Source of the DNA: an uncultured bacterium
GTDB lineage: Bacteria > Cyanobacteriota > Vampirovibrionia > Gastranaerophilales > Gastranaerophilaceae
Assembly: GCA_902801985.1 (NCBI GenBank)
Contig: CADCKD010000017.1
Span: 10,162-74,161 of the forward strand
Length of the DNA stretch: 64,000 nucleotides
Reading direction: 5' to 3'
In this document: positions 35,982-45,895 of the stretch, piece after piece
Layout of the letters: every line of letters begins with the position of its first letter
Position numbering within the stretch: the first letter of the stretch is position 1
Notes under the pieces: model-generated
Databases searched by the model: none
What the model was told of the DNA's origin: nothing
Seen by the model: only the letters and a program-made list of their open reading frames with translations
Made by a program: the position numbers and the translations under genes

Positions 35982-37283
35982 TTACAATATTGAACGCAAT
36001 TCTCCGATAACAATATCCAAAGCACCTTGTTGATCTTGGAATATCGTTTTACAATCTTCACATGCCTGTTTATAAAAAGCGCTATCTGATAACAATTTTT
36101 CTATATAATCAGAAAGTTCTTTTGGCGATTTTACAACCTTGCCTGCGTTTGAACGCGACAAAAGCCAATATATATCTCTAAAATTGTGTATTGACGGGCC
36201 TGTTATTGTAGGCTTTGAATAAACTGTGGCTTCAAGAGGATTATGGCCTCCCGTTTTATTAAAGCTGCCTCCAATGAACGCAAATGAACAGATAGAGTAC
36301 ATTTTGCTAAGTTCACCCATTGTATCAAGCACAATTATATCAACATCTTTGAATGATGCATCCTTAGAACGAAATCCATAAGAAACACCTAATCTATCCA
36401 AAATTTCTATTATATTAGGAATTCTTGTTGTGTGGCGGGGAACTAAGAGTAATTTTATATCTTTGTATTTTTTTAATTTATCTTTGAATATTTCAAGAAT
36501 AATTTCATCTTCTCCCTTATGGGTACTTCCGGCAATAATTACTCTATAACCATCCTGCCCTAAATCTACTGTTTCATTAGATGCTTTTGCATCAAACTTT
36601 AAATTTTTCATTACAGATGTTCTATCAGCAGGCGCACCTATTGCGAGCAACTTTTCTTTATCCATTTCACTCTGAGTCATAATTTTTGTATATTTTGCCA
36701 AAACTCTGGTGAAAAATAAACGCATAAATCTATACAATTTAAATGTAGAATCAGACATTCTTCCGTTTATACAATAAAGTTTTATATCTCTTTTTTTGCA
36801 CATTATAGAAAATACAGGCCAAAGTTCAGTTTCCGCAATTAAAACTACTGACGGTTTAACCTTATCAAGGAAAGATTTTACACAAAATGGTATATCAAAT
36901 GGGAAATATGTAATAAAATCCGCAACATTAGAATATTTTTTCAGTGCAATTTCTTGACCTGTTTTAGTTCCTGTTGTAACTACAATCTTGTAATCAGGGA
37001 ATTCTTCTTTTGTCCGTTTTATAAGATTTTCCAACGCAATTGTTTCTCCGACAGAAACACCATGGTACATTATTACTTTATCTCCCAAATGAGGATTTTT
37101 TATAAAACCTAATTTTTCTTTCCAACCATATAAGAACTTTCTGTTCATTACACGGAAAATAAAGTAAAACGGCATCAATACAATGAATGCGATAGTTGAT
37201 AACAATCCGTATAAAAAGAACAAATCAAAGATTGATATGATAATAACAATTAATAATAAAATTAAAATCGAATATATAACCAT
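35982..37283 (-). CDS. waaA: 3-deoxy-D-manno-octulosonic acid (Kdo) transferase
   Basis: N-terminal TM, HGVSVGE motif, and a C-terminal GT-B block GGSF...GGHNPLE. Confidence 0.85.
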   Translation of the reverse strand: MVIYSILILLLIVIIISIFDLFFLYGLLSTIAFIVLMPFYFIFRVMNRKFLYGWKEKLGFIKNPHLGDKVIMYHGVSVGETIALENLIKRTKEEFPDYKIVVTTGTKTGQEIALKKYSNVADFITYFPFDIPFCVKSFLDKVKPSVVLIAETELWPVFSIMCKKRDIKLYCINGRMSDSTFKLYRFMRLFFTRVLAKYTKIMTQSEMDKEKLLAIGAPADRTSVMKNLKFDAKASNETVDLGQDGYRVIIAGSTHKGEDEIILEIFKDKLKKYKDIKLLLVPRHTTRIPNIIEILDRLGVSYGFRSKDASFKDVDIIVLDTMGELSKMYSICSFAFIGGSFNKTGGHNPLEATVYSKPTITGPSIHNFRDIYWLLSRSNAGKVVKSPKELSDYIEKLLSDSAFYKQACEDCKTIFQDQQGALDIVIGELRSIL

Positions 37284-37402
37284 GATACACCAATTTTAAC
37301 CCAAACAAGACAAAAGAGGAAATAGTTAATAAACAATAACAAATATGACTACAAAAGCACATATAATTTGACAATAAGCAGAAAAATCTATAAAATTGGA
37401 GT

Positions 37403-37915
37403 ATGGCAATAGTTTATTTAAGTTTAGGTTCAAATAAGGGTGATAGAATTGGCTTTGTTCAACAAGCTGCAAGTTTGCTTGGTATGGATGAGGGCATCAC
37501 TATTGTCAGAACATCTGCATTTTATGAAACTGAACCTTGGAATATGAATACTAAAAATTGGTTTGTTAACGCAGTTGTAGAAATTAAGACAAAATATACC
37601 CCAAAAGAACTTTTAACAATTTGCCAAGATATAGAAAAGAAACTCGGCAGAGAACATAAACAAGGAAATGACTACGAAGACAGAACCATTGATATAGACA
37701 TTTTATTCTATAACAACGATGTTATCAATGAAGAAGGTCTAACTATCCCTCACAAATATGTCCATCTAAGAGCGTTTACACTTGTGCCTATGATGGAATT
37801 AAATGCAGATTTTGTTCACCCGATACTACATAAATCAATTGTTGAAATGCACAGCGATTTAGAAAACCCTGAAATGGTATTTTTGTATGGAACAAGAGTC
37901 GACATTGATTTCTAA
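37403..37915 (+). CDS. folK: 2-amino-4-hydroxy-6-hydroxymethyldihydropteridine diphosphokinase
   Basis: VYLSLGSNKGDR, FYETEPW, RTIDIDIL and IPH....RAF.L.P blocks. Confidence 0.88.
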   Translation: MAIVYLSLGSNKGDRIGFVQQAASLLGMDEGITIVRTSAFYETEPWNMNTKNWFVNAVVEIKTKYTPKELLTICQDIEKKLGREHKQGNDYEDRTIDIDILFYNNDVINEEGLTIPHKYVHLRAFTLVPMMELNADFVHPILHKSIVEMHSDLENPEMVFLYGTRVDIDF

Positions 37916-38555
37916 TAAAACAATTGCAATTATTGGCGGTGGACCGGCAGGCTGCATTTGTGCAAAATTTTTACAAAATTTCGGATTTAAAGAAATAAAC
38001 ATATTTGATTTTGGGACACCACTTAGGACAATACTCCCGACCGGGGGCGGACGCTGTAATATTACGCATGCTATATATGATTTTAGAGATCTTACCAAAA
38101 ACTACCCTAGAGGCGAAAAATTTTTGTATTCAATATTTTCTAAATTTTCGGTACAAGACACCATAGATTTTTTCAAATCTATAGGAGTAAACATATACAC
38201 TCAAGAAGACGGAAGAATATTTCCGCAAGAAAATTCCTCATCGTTTGTCAGAGAAAAAATCCTTAAATCCCTAAAATGCAATTTTATAAAAGAAAAAGTT
38301 GAAAATATCGAAAAAATAGCAAACGGCTACAAAATAGAAACGAATAAAAGCACTTATGCTTTTGATATAGTTATAATCTCAATAGGCGGACATGCGGGTT
38401 ACAGTATTTTTAACAACCTTGAAATTAATATAATAGAACCTACGCAATCACTTGTCGGACTTCATACAAAAGAGGATTTTTCATCAATAGCGGGAGTCAG
38501 TATTAAAAATTGCACTATAGGCAAAGAAGCAGGGGATAAAAAAAATGCCATATAA
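37887..38555 (+). CDS. HI0933/BaiN-like flavoprotein, N-terminal part (split gene)
   Basis: IAIIGGGPAGCICA, GGGRCNITH. Ends just after an A8 run at 38538-38545. Confidence 0.7.
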   Translation: MEQESTLISNKTIAIIGGGPAGCICAKFLQNFGFKEINIFDFGTPLRTILPTGGGRCNITHAIYDFRDLTKNYPRGEKFLYSIFSKFSVQDTIDFFKSIGVNIYTQEDGRIFPQENSSSFVREKILKSLKCNFIKEKVENIEKIANGYKIETNKSTYAFDIVIISIGGHAGYSIFNNLEINIIEPTQSLVGLHTKEDFSSIAGVSIKNCTIGKEAGDKKNAI

Positions 38556-38994
38556 CTTAAGTATTAAACTTGCTAAAATTGAAAATTTTCAAGATGAATT
38601 AAACAATAATCCCCATAAAGATATTAAAAATCTTATCAGCAATTACATACCTAAATCTCTGAGCGAATACATTCTAAAAAAACTAAAAATAACCCCCGAA
38701 ACAAAATGCCACTCAATAAATGGTATTTTGCGAGATAAAATTAAAAATCAGATTGAGAATTTTAATATAACGATAATAAGTAAAGTTCCAGACGGAGAAG
38801 TCGTCACATGCGGTGGAGTTGACCTTAATGAGATAAATCCTAAAACTCTTGAATTCAAAAAATATCCAAACATGTTTGCCATTGGAGAAGTTTTAGACAT
38901 CGACGGCCTTTGCGGAGGATTTAATTTGCAAAATTGCTGGTCAGGAGCTTTTGTAGCAGCAAGCGCAATTAAAGAGAAAGAAAATTTGCACTAA
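38545..38994 (+). CDS. HI0933/BaiN-like flavoprotein, C-terminal part (split gene)
   Basis: VTCGGVDLNEINPKTLEFK, FAIGEVLDIDGLCGGFNLQNCWSGAF. Overlaps the upstream part by 11 nt in another frame. Confidence 0.7.
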   Translation: MPYNLSIKLAKIENFQDELNNNPHKDIKNLISNYIPKSLSEYILKKLKITPETKCHSINGILRDKIKNQIENFNITIISKVPDGEVVTCGGVDLNEINPKTLEFKKYPNMFAIGEVLDIDGLCGGFNLQNCWSGAFVAASAIKEKENLH

Positions 38995-39052
38995 TTTTAT
39001 GTTTTTGTTAGTATTTACACGTAAGTTAAATAAGTAATTAGGGAGAAGTAAT

Positions 39053-39862
39053 ATGGATTTAATGAAAGGCAAAAAGGGTCTGATTTTTGGTGTTTCAAAC
39101 ACTCACGGAATTGCATACGGAATTGCAAAACAAATTCACGAAGCAGGAGGAGAAATTGCGTTTACTTATGCAAATGAAGCTATGGAAAAACGTGTTAGAC
39201 CAATAGCAGAAGACTTTGGTGCAAAAATTATTATGGAATGCGATGTAACCAAAGAAGATGACGTAAAAAGAGTTTTTGATGAATGTGAAAAAGTATACGG
39301 AAAATTAGATTTCGTTATACACGCAGTTGCTTTTGCAAATAAAGAAGATTTAATGGGTAGATTTATTGATACATCAAAAGCAGGTTGGGATTTAGCACTT
39401 GGCATAAGCGCATATTCACTTGTTACAGTTTGTAAGTATGCAGAACCGGTTATGAATGAAGGCGGTTCAATATTTGCGATGACATATTTGGGTTCAATAC
39501 TTTCAGTTCCTGGATATAACGTTATGGGCGTTGCTAAAGCAGCTTTAGAATCCTCAATGAGATTTTTATCAGTAGATTTAGGTGCTAAGGGTATCAGAGT
39601 AAACTGCCTGTCAGCAGGTCCGGTAAAAACACTTGCAGCAATGGGCATTGGAGGTTTTACAAAAATGCTTAAAGCCGCAGTTGCTCGTTCTCCATTGGAT
39701 AGAAATGTTTCATTAGATGATGTTGGAAAAGCCGGTTTATTCTTGGCTTCTGATTTATCTTCCGGAATGACCGGAGAAGTTATTTATGCAGATTGCGGCT
39801 GTCACAGTGCATACGCATCAGCACAAGAAATGGACATACTTTCCGAGAACTTAGAAATATAG
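39053..39862 (+). CDS. fabI: enoyl-[acyl-carrier-protein] reductase (NADH), FabI type
   Basis: GKKGLIFGVSNTHGIAYGIAK, Y..MGVAKAALE, NCLSAGPVKTLA. Confidence 0.9.
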   Translation: MDLMKGKKGLIFGVSNTHGIAYGIAKQIHEAGGEIAFTYANEAMEKRVRPIAEDFGAKIIMECDVTKEDDVKRVFDECEKVYGKLDFVIHAVAFANKEDLMGRFIDTSKAGWDLALGISAYSLVTVCKYAEPVMNEGGSIFAMTYLGSILSVPGYNVMGVAKAALESSMRFLSVDLGAKGIRVNCLSAGPVKTLAAMGIGGFTKMLKAAVARSPLDRNVSLDDVGKAGLFLASDLSSGMTGEVIYADCGCHSAYASAQEMDILSENLEI

Positions 39863-39884
39863 TTAATAAAATAAACAAAAAATG

Positions 39885-39918
39885 CGGCTATAAAAAAAAT
39901 ATAGCCGTATTTTTTTTT
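39885..39918. terminator. terminator between fabI and ribF
   Basis: cggctata-A7-tatagccg followed by T9. Confidence 0.75.
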
Positions 39919-39927
39919 GCCTATGAA

Positions 39928-40836
39928 TTATAACAATATCAAATTACGAAGATCTTGATCTATTTGAGATTTTAATTCTTCTAATGATGCAAATTTTCGC
40001 TCCAAACGAATAAATTTAGTGAATTCGACATTAATAGTCTGACCATACAAATCGCCATCAAAATCCAATAAATAAATTTCTAAAATCGGAGTATCTAAAC
40101 TCTCTGAAACCGTTGGTTTAACACCAAAATTAGCAAGTCCTCGATACATTCTGCCATCAGATAATTGAACACTTACATCATAAACTCCGTATTTAGGCGG
40201 TACTAAAACGTCCGGATAGACAATATTTGCCGTAGGATAACCGATTGTACGTCCAAGATGATTACCATGAACCACTTCTGCGCGGACATTAAATTTTCTC
40301 CCAAGCATAGAACTTACCAGATAAAAATCTCCGTTTGAAATAGCACGCCTGATTGCTGAACTGCTTATTATCTGCCCATAAACATCCTGATGAGGAGTTC
40401 CGAAGTATAAATAATTATACACAACTTGATTATCAGCTAAAAATCTAACATTCCCCGATTGATCAGCTCCGAATTTATGATTAAATCCCGTAGAAATTGC
40501 AACCGGAGAAAAATATTTTACAAGTACATCTTTTAAATATTCCTGCGGAGACATTTTGTATACTTTTTCAAAATCTAATTCAATAACATAATCAAGTCCA
40601 AGTTCTTCCAGCATTTCATATTTTTCAGATTTACGGATTATGTATTTAACAGGATTATCGCTCAAAACATGTGAAGGATGTGATTTAAAAGTAATCATTG
40701 CGGATTTTTTACCATTATTTCTTGCAAAATCGACAGCACAAGATATAACAGCCTGATGACCAAGATGCAAGCCGTCAAAAAAGCCCAGAGCTAATGATAA
40801 ATTTGGAATTTCTTTTAGTTCACCATATATTTCCAA
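39928..40836 (-). CDS. ribF: bifunctional riboflavin kinase / FMN adenylyltransferase
   Basis: ALGFFDGLHLGHQ, and a kinase half with GR.IGYPTAN...E.....F.GDLYG. TTG start per the ORF track. Confidence 0.88.
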   Translation of the reverse strand: MEIYGELKEIPNLSLALGFFDGLHLGHQAVISCAVDFARNNGKKSAMITFKSHPSHVLSDNPVKYIIRKSEKYEMLEELGLDYVIELDFEKVYKMSPQEYLKDVLVKYFSPVAISTGFNHKFGADQSGNVRFLADNQVVYNYLYFGTPHQDVYGQIISSSAIRRAISNGDFYLVSSMLGRKFNVRAEVVHGNHLGRTIGYPTANIVYPDVLVPPKYGVYDVSVQLSDGRMYRGLANFGVKPTVSESLDTPILEIYLLDFDGDLYGQTINVEFTKFIRLERKFASLEELKSQIDQDLRNLILL

Positions 40837-40851
40837 CTGATTACATCTCCC

Positions 40852-42138
40852 TTAATTAAACAAAATCCCAACAATCGCAGCGGACATATACCCTGTTAAT
40901 GTTCCGCATATCAAGGCTCTTAATCCCAGCCTTGCTAAATTTTTTCTCTGGTTTGGAGCTAATTCTCCAATACCACCAAGCTGTATAGCGACAGAACCGA
41001 AATTTGCAAAGTTACACAAAGCAAAACAAGCTATTAAAAATGCTTTATCAGACAACGCACCCATATGAGTTAAATCAAAATACGCAACCATTTCATTTAA
41101 AACAAGTTTTGTACCCATAACTCCACCGACGGCAGTGGCTTCTTTTAACGGAACACCTATTGCAAGAGCGAATAGCGCGAATATCTTACCTAAAATATAT
41201 TTTAAAGACAGACTGTCAAATATTGCATAAGCTGCAGAAGAAGAACCTATATGAAATAATTTAATAACAGCAGTTCCAAAGATACCTAAAGTCCAATCAA
41301 TCATTGCGACAAGAGCCACTAACGCAAGTATCATTGCGATAATATTAAGAGCAACTTTCATACCCTCAGAAGCACCTGATGATATAGCATCAAAAACATT
41401 TATATGAGTTCTGTTTCTTTTACTGTATTTTATTGAAAAATTTTCACTTGTTTCAGGAACCAGTGTTTCAGGATAAACAATTTTTGAAATAACAAATGCT
41501 CCCGGAACAGCCATAACGGAAGATGCCAAAACATATTGAGCAGGAATTCCCATTGCAATATATATAGGCATTGTAGCAACTGAAATACAAGCCATAGACC
41601 CTGACATAGACGCAAGCATCTCAGAACGAGTTAACTTCGGCAAGTATGGTTTTATCATCATCTGAGCAGACACATTACCAACAAAAGCACTTGCGACATT
41701 GGAAAGAGCTTCTGCTCCGCTCACTGACATAATTTTATTCATCGCTTTACCAAATATCGGTATAACTCTTTGCATAATACCGTAATAGTACAAAATATTA
41801 ACCAGTATCATCACAAAAATCATTGAAGCAATAAGCTGCAAAGCAAAAATATTAGCATCACTTCCCCAAACAAGCACAAGTTTTACTTGATTCATCAATG
41901 GGCCAAAGACAAAACTTCCACCATCAGAAGCAAAGTCAAGAATTTTACGAACAAGCATGCCAAGTCCCATAAATAATTTTTCACCTAAAGGGACTTTAAA
42001 TATAAATATTGCGAAAAATACCTGTAATAAAAAACCAATACCAATAGTTTTGTAGTTTATAGCTTTACGATTATGGGACATCAAATATGCAATCCCTAAA
42101 ATTGCTAATATACCTATTACTCCTATAAATCTACTCAT
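40852..42138 (-). CDS. concentrative nucleoside transporter (NupC family)
   Basis: 428-aa polytopic protein. Its N-terminal block (RKAINYKTIGIGFLLQ) and C-terminal block (GELAPNQR) match the CNT family pattern. Confidence 0.8.
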   Translation of the reverse strand: MSRFIGVIGILAILGIAYLMSHNRKAINYKTIGIGFLLQVFFAIFIFKVPLGEKLFMGLGMLVRKILDFASDGGSFVFGPLMNQVKLVLVWGSDANIFALQLIASMIFVMILVNILYYYGIMQRVIPIFGKAMNKIMSVSGAEALSNVASAFVGNVSAQMMIKPYLPKLTRSEMLASMSGSMACISVATMPIYIAMGIPAQYVLASSVMAVPGAFVISKIVYPETLVPETSENFSIKYSKRNRTHINVFDAISSGASEGMKVALNIIAMILALVALVAMIDWTLGIFGTAVIKLFHIGSSSAAYAIFDSLSLKYILGKIFALFALAIGVPLKEATAVGGVMGTKLVLNEMVAYFDLTHMGALSDKAFLIACFALCNFANFGSVAIQLGGIGELAPNQRKNLARLGLRALICGTLTGYMSAAIVGILFN

Positions 42139-42168
42139 ATTTTCCCTCTACAAACATCGCTACAATAA

Positions 42169-43575
42169 CTATTTATTGAATATTTTCATTATTTTATCAA
42201 TCAAACCTTCAGATTCCTGAGCATCAGAAGCACCAAGTTTTTCCAGATTATCGATTTTATCTTTGATAATTTTATATTCAGATGGTTCTTTAACGAGTTC
42301 AATGTACGCTTTGTAGGTATCTAAAGCTTTTGCTTTCATTTTATTTTTTTCATAAGCATTTGCCAATTCTTTTAAAGCTCTTAAATCTCTTGAATCAACA
42401 TCTACAATTCGTTCAAGATAAGAAATTTGCATACCATAATCGCCTAAACCTTCACGATATTGAGCAAGTTTGTACAATGCTTCTTTATTTTTCGGATCTT
42501 TTTTAATTATTTTTGCATAATACTCGCTGGCATGGTCAATTTCTTTGTTTGCTGTCAAAAGTTCTGCTATTTCAAACATCAAATCAACATCACTATCGTT
42601 GATTTGAACTGCATTTATAAATTCATTCAATGCAATATCAACATTCTTTCTTAAAATATTGTATTTGCCCCAATTTACGTGAGCATTATATTCATCTCCG
42701 GATTCTTCATATACCAAAGCTCTCATTTGATACGTCAAAGGAGAATTTGGAACAAGTTTGTTGTATTCATTAACAGCATCTAATGATTTGTCAAATTCTT
42801 TAGATGAATAATAATACTGTGCCATCAAAGTATAATACCTAGGAGATTTTTTAGCCTCTTCAGGTAAATTATTTAATTTCTCATAAGCCTCAGAAACTTC
42901 TCCGATTTCAAGCATACATTGAATACGTAAAAGTTCATCTGTTGTATATTCCATTGCTTTTTTCGGATCACCGCTTTTTAAATATACAGCAGCTAAGCCT
43001 TCATTAACACGAGGAGTATCGAACCCTTTTTGTTTTGCTCTGTTTAAAGTGTCAACTGCACTTGAATATGCCTCATCTTGCAAGTATAAATCGGCAAGCT
43101 GCAAAAACATTTCTTCATGCAAATCCTCACCTTCTAAAATCATATTAAATTCATCAATTGCTTTTAACCTGTTACCTGCTTGAACATACAAATTGGCTAA
43201 TGTCATACGGGTCATCGCAATTTGTGTGCCTTCATCAGCAACTGCAAGCGCTTTTTTAAAATCATTAATCGCAAAATCTAATTTACCTTCGATAGAATTT
43301 TTATTCCCTCTGTAAATATAATATTTGTATTTATCTCTACCTTCATAAAGAGATATTAACTGCTCATACGCAAGAGGATTTGTTACATCCCTTTTCAAAA
43401 TTTCATTATAATAAGATGCAGCTTCGTCTTTTTTATCTAAAATCAATGAAATATGTCCTAATCTTTCAAGCAGTCCTATATCATTAGGATTAGCCTCATA
43501 TTCTTTTTTATATTCGCGATAGGCTTCTTCATATTGTTCATTTGCTTCAAATTGCTCTGCCAATTGTAAACTCAT
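42169..43575 (-). CDS. tetratricopeptide repeat protein
   Basis: Repeated 34-aa A..Y......P....A...LA..Y pattern throughout. Confidence 0.75.
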   Translation of the reverse strand: MSLQLAEQFEANEQYEEAYREYKKEYEANPNDIGLLERLGHISLILDKKDEAASYYNEILKRDVTNPLAYEQLISLYEGRDKYKYYIYRGNKNSIEGKLDFAINDFKKALAVADEGTQIAMTRMTLANLYVQAGNRLKAIDEFNMILEGEDLHEEMFLQLADLYLQDEAYSSAVDTLNRAKQKGFDTPRVNEGLAAVYLKSGDPKKAMEYTTDELLRIQCMLEIGEVSEAYEKLNNLPEEAKKSPRYYTLMAQYYYSSKEFDKSLDAVNEYNKLVPNSPLTYQMRALVYEESGDEYNAHVNWGKYNILRKNVDIALNEFINAVQINDSDVDLMFEIAELLTANKEIDHASEYYAKIIKKDPKNKEALYKLAQYREGLGDYGMQISYLERIVDVDSRDLRALKELANAYEKNKMKAKALDTYKAYIELVKEPSEYKIIKDKIDNLEKLGASDAQESEGLIDKIMKIFNK

Positions 43576-43646
43576 TTGTTTAACTACTCCTTATTTAAAA
43601 TATATACGCTCCTTGATTATACCATTAAATATAATATAAGACAAAT

Positions 43647-44204
43647 CTAATTATACTTATTTTGAGCCTGTGCCATACCATTATCAAGATAATAATCAAT
43701 TCCTTCAACTGCAGTTTTTAATACAGACTTTAAATCTTCTAGCTGGCTTTTATAGAAATTTTGCAGCACAAACTGCTCCGATGGAATAGGAGGCTGAGGG
43801 CCTATGCCGATTTTTAAACGAGCTATATCATGGCTTCCCAAGTGTTTTATAATACTTTTGATCCCATTATGACCGCCATCAGAACCGTTCGGGCGAAAAC
43901 GTATTTTGCCAAGTTCTATTGATAAATCATCATAAACAATCAAAATATCTTCTAAAGAAATTTTATAATAATCCATTACAGCTCTAAGAGCTTCACCTGA
44001 CAAATTCATATATGTTGTCGGCTTTATAAGAATAATATCATCTGCACCATGTCTGTATTTTGCCATAAGACATTTTAATTTCCCATTTTCTTTGAATTCA
44101 AGATTGTTCATTATTGCCAATTTATCAATAACCATAAATCCTGCATTATGTCTTGTGAAAGTGTAATTTGCCCCGACATTCCCCAAACCTGCTATAAGTT
44201 TCAT
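43647..44204 (-). CDS. pth: peptidyl-tRNA hydrolase
   Basis: LIAGLGNVG.NY..TRHNAGF, GGHNGIKSI. Confidence 0.92.
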   Translation of the reverse strand: MKLIAGLGNVGANYTFTRHNAGFMVIDKLAIMNNLEFKENGKLKCLMAKYRHGADDIILIKPTTYMNLSGEALRAVMDYYKISLEDILIVYDDLSIELGKIRFRPNGSDGGHNGIKSIIKHLGSHDIARLKIGIGPQPPIPSEQFVLQNFYKSQLEDLKSVLKTAVEGIDYYLDNGMAQAQNKYN

Positions 44205-44342
44205 AAATACTCTGCTCCTTAATCATCAAAGTTATATTACTATTTTAACTCAAATGAATATTACCATAATGATATAGAAAGATAATGCTTAACAAAAAGA
44301 TAAAAACCAAATAAATTAAAATAAAATCGACGAGGTAATAAA

Positions 44343-44903
44343 ATGAAAAACAAATTAGCAGAGAAAGAAAAAAGTTCCCAAAAAGTGGCTGATTTTTTAG
44401 AAAAGAATTCCTTACACAAAAAAGACTTTGCTCAAATGATAGGAGTCACTTTGTCTTATGTCTACAATCTTATAGATGAAACAATCCCTTTTTCAACAAG
44501 AAGCACGACTCTTGAGAGGATAGCAACGGTAATGGATATCAAACCGGAGGAATTTGAAGAATACAAAATTCCTCAAGAGCCAATTTTGCAAGACGAATCC
44601 ATAGAGTATATTAAAAACATGCTTCACAAAAAAAGAATCAGCGTAGTAAATTTTTTAAAGTCATTTCCGAGAAAAAACAGAGTAAATATTGTTGACATGC
44701 TAAGAGGAGCATACCCGCTGCCAATAGATTTTAAAGAACTGGTAATGATAGGTAAAACTTTGGATATGGACACTGAAGATATATATAATATTTGGGAAAG
44801 CAGAATGAAGCAGGTCTTAGAAGTAAACGGAATGAATCTCAGTTCCAATGCGGCTTTGGTCAATGCAATGCTTGATTGTGCGAAGAAATATGTAGATGCA
44901 TAA
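44343..44903 (+). CDS. helix-turn-helix (XRE-like) domain protein, possibly tandem HTH
   Basis: KKDFAQMIGVTLSYVYNLI in the first half. The second half has weaker HTH-like periodicity. Confidence 0.6.
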   Translation: MKNKLAEKEKSSQKVADFLEKNSLHKKDFAQMIGVTLSYVYNLIDETIPFSTRSTTLERIATVMDIKPEEFEEYKIPQEPILQDESIEYIKNMLHKKRISVVNFLKSFPRKNRVNIVDMLRGAYPLPIDFKELVMIGKTLDMDTEDIYNIWESRMKQVLEVNGMNLSSNAALVNAMLDCAKKYVDA

Positions 44904-44910
44904 GAAATAA

Positions 44911-44940
44911 AAAACTCTCATCTTAGAGAGTTTTTTATTT
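44911..44940 (+). terminator. terminator after 44343-44903
   Basis: aaaactctc-6nt-gagagtttt followed by a T-run. Confidence 0.8.
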
Positions 44941-45024
44941 TATGTTATTGACAACAAAAAATGTTCTTGTTAGTATGAACTTACACGGTGAAATTCACCT
45001 GCCGGAAATATGAATAGTGTATAA

Positions 45025-45097
45025 GCGCTTGTAGCTCAGCAGGTAGAGCACTCCCCTTTTAAGGGATAGGTCGCGCGTTCGAATCGCGCCAAGCGCA
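45025..45097 (+). tRNA. tRNA-Lys (anticodon TTT), CCA not encoded
   Basis: GCGCTTG / GCTC-AGCAGGTA-GAGC / CTCCC-CTTTTAA-GGGAT / AGGTC / GCGCG-TTCGAAT-CGCGC / CAAGCGC-A. Confidence 0.95.
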
Positions 45098-45099
45098 AA

Positions 45100-45134
45100 A
45101 TAAACGAGATAGGTTTTCTGTCTCGTTTATTTTT
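45100..45134 (+). terminator. terminator after tRNA-Lys
   Basis: ataaacgaga-11nt-tctcgtttat followed by a T-run. Confidence 0.8.
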
Positions 45135-45326
45135 GTTTTGGTAGCGATGAGAACGCCATTTTGCGTTCGGCGGATTTTGTGTAGGGCGGATGTGAGCGGA
45201 TGCGAACGCAGACCCGTAAGGTGCGAGAGCAATTACGAATGGCAGCAAAGCGAAATGAGTACTTGCTCGAAGCACAGCAAAATCCAAGACTTATATGAGT
45301 CACGTCGATAGCGAGCGAAGTGATTT
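45135..45326. other. GC-enriched non-coding insert between tRNA-Lys and the repeat of its 3' end
   Basis: Visibly more GC-rich than its surroundings. Contains gaacgc-6nt-gcgttc and three GCGGAT repeats. No convincing ORF. Confidence 0.4.
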
Positions 45327-45341
45327 ATCGCGCCAAGCGCA
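45327..45341 (+). repeat. exact 15-nt direct repeat of the tRNA-Lys 3' end (atcgcgccaagcgca)
   Basis: Identical to 45083-45097. Confidence 0.85.
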
Positions 45342-45482
45342 TAAAAAGAAAAAGAGTTTTTGTTCTTTTCTTTTTTTCTTTTCTTTTTTATTGCTTCCTT
45401 TTTGTTATACAAATATGAAAAAATTACTAGCAAATTAATTTTTTACAGTTTTTAAATACCAAATAACAAGAAAGGGGTAAAT

Positions 45483-45845
45483 ATGAAAATTAATCCTATA
45501 AACCATACAAGTTTTCAAGCACGAATTAAAATATCAAAAGACAATAAGAATCAATACGCACTGGGTGCAACTACAGCAACTACGGGTTCCGCTTCATTAT
45601 ATTTAGGTACAGATGCAGTAGGTTTGGCTCCAACAGATGTTGCAAAAGAGATTTATCAAAGCATCAACAATCCTCACTATATTGAAACAGAAAATGGACT
45701 TGCATATGTTAATAACGAAAATAGCGCACTAAGTTCAGGTGCTCTTATGCTGACATCATTACCGGCAGGTACAACTATAACACCGATTGGTTTGATTATT
45801 ATGAATAATAAAGATGCCGACAATAAAAAGAATATTCCGGACTAA
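45483..45845 (+). CDS. hypothetical 120-aa protein
   Basis: ORF track. AAAGGGG RBS. N-terminus MKINPINHTSFQAR. Confidence 0.5.
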   Translation: MKINPINHTSFQARIKISKDNKNQYALGATTATTGSASLYLGTDAVGLAPTDVAKEIYQSINNPHYIETENGLAYVNNENSALSSGALMLTSLPAGTTITPIGLIIMNNKDADNKKNIPD

Positions 45846-45860
45846 TAGCACAAAGATATA

Positions 45861-45894
45861 AAAAAAAGCTCCTCATTTAAAGAGGAGCTTTTTT
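45861..45894. terminator. bidirectional terminator (45483-45845 / clpC)
   Basis: aaagctcctc-7nt-gaggagcttt with flanking A-run and T-run. Confidence 0.8.
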
Positions 45895-45895
45895 A

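Noticed and set aside
45147-45311. A 54-aa Cys/Arg-rich plus-strand ORF inside the tRNA-Lys insert (MRTPFCVRRILCRADVSGCERRPVRCES...).
   Set aside because: No Shine-Dalgarno sequence is present. The codon usage (cgg, cgc, gcg) is atypical for this AT-rich genome. It starts immediately after a terminator. It is more likely a by-product of GC-rich non-coding DNA.
45036-45433. ORF-track entries 45036-45287 (-) and 45233-45433 (-).
   Set aside because: They run antisense through tRNA-Lys, its terminator and the GC-rich insert. They have no RBS and odd composition.
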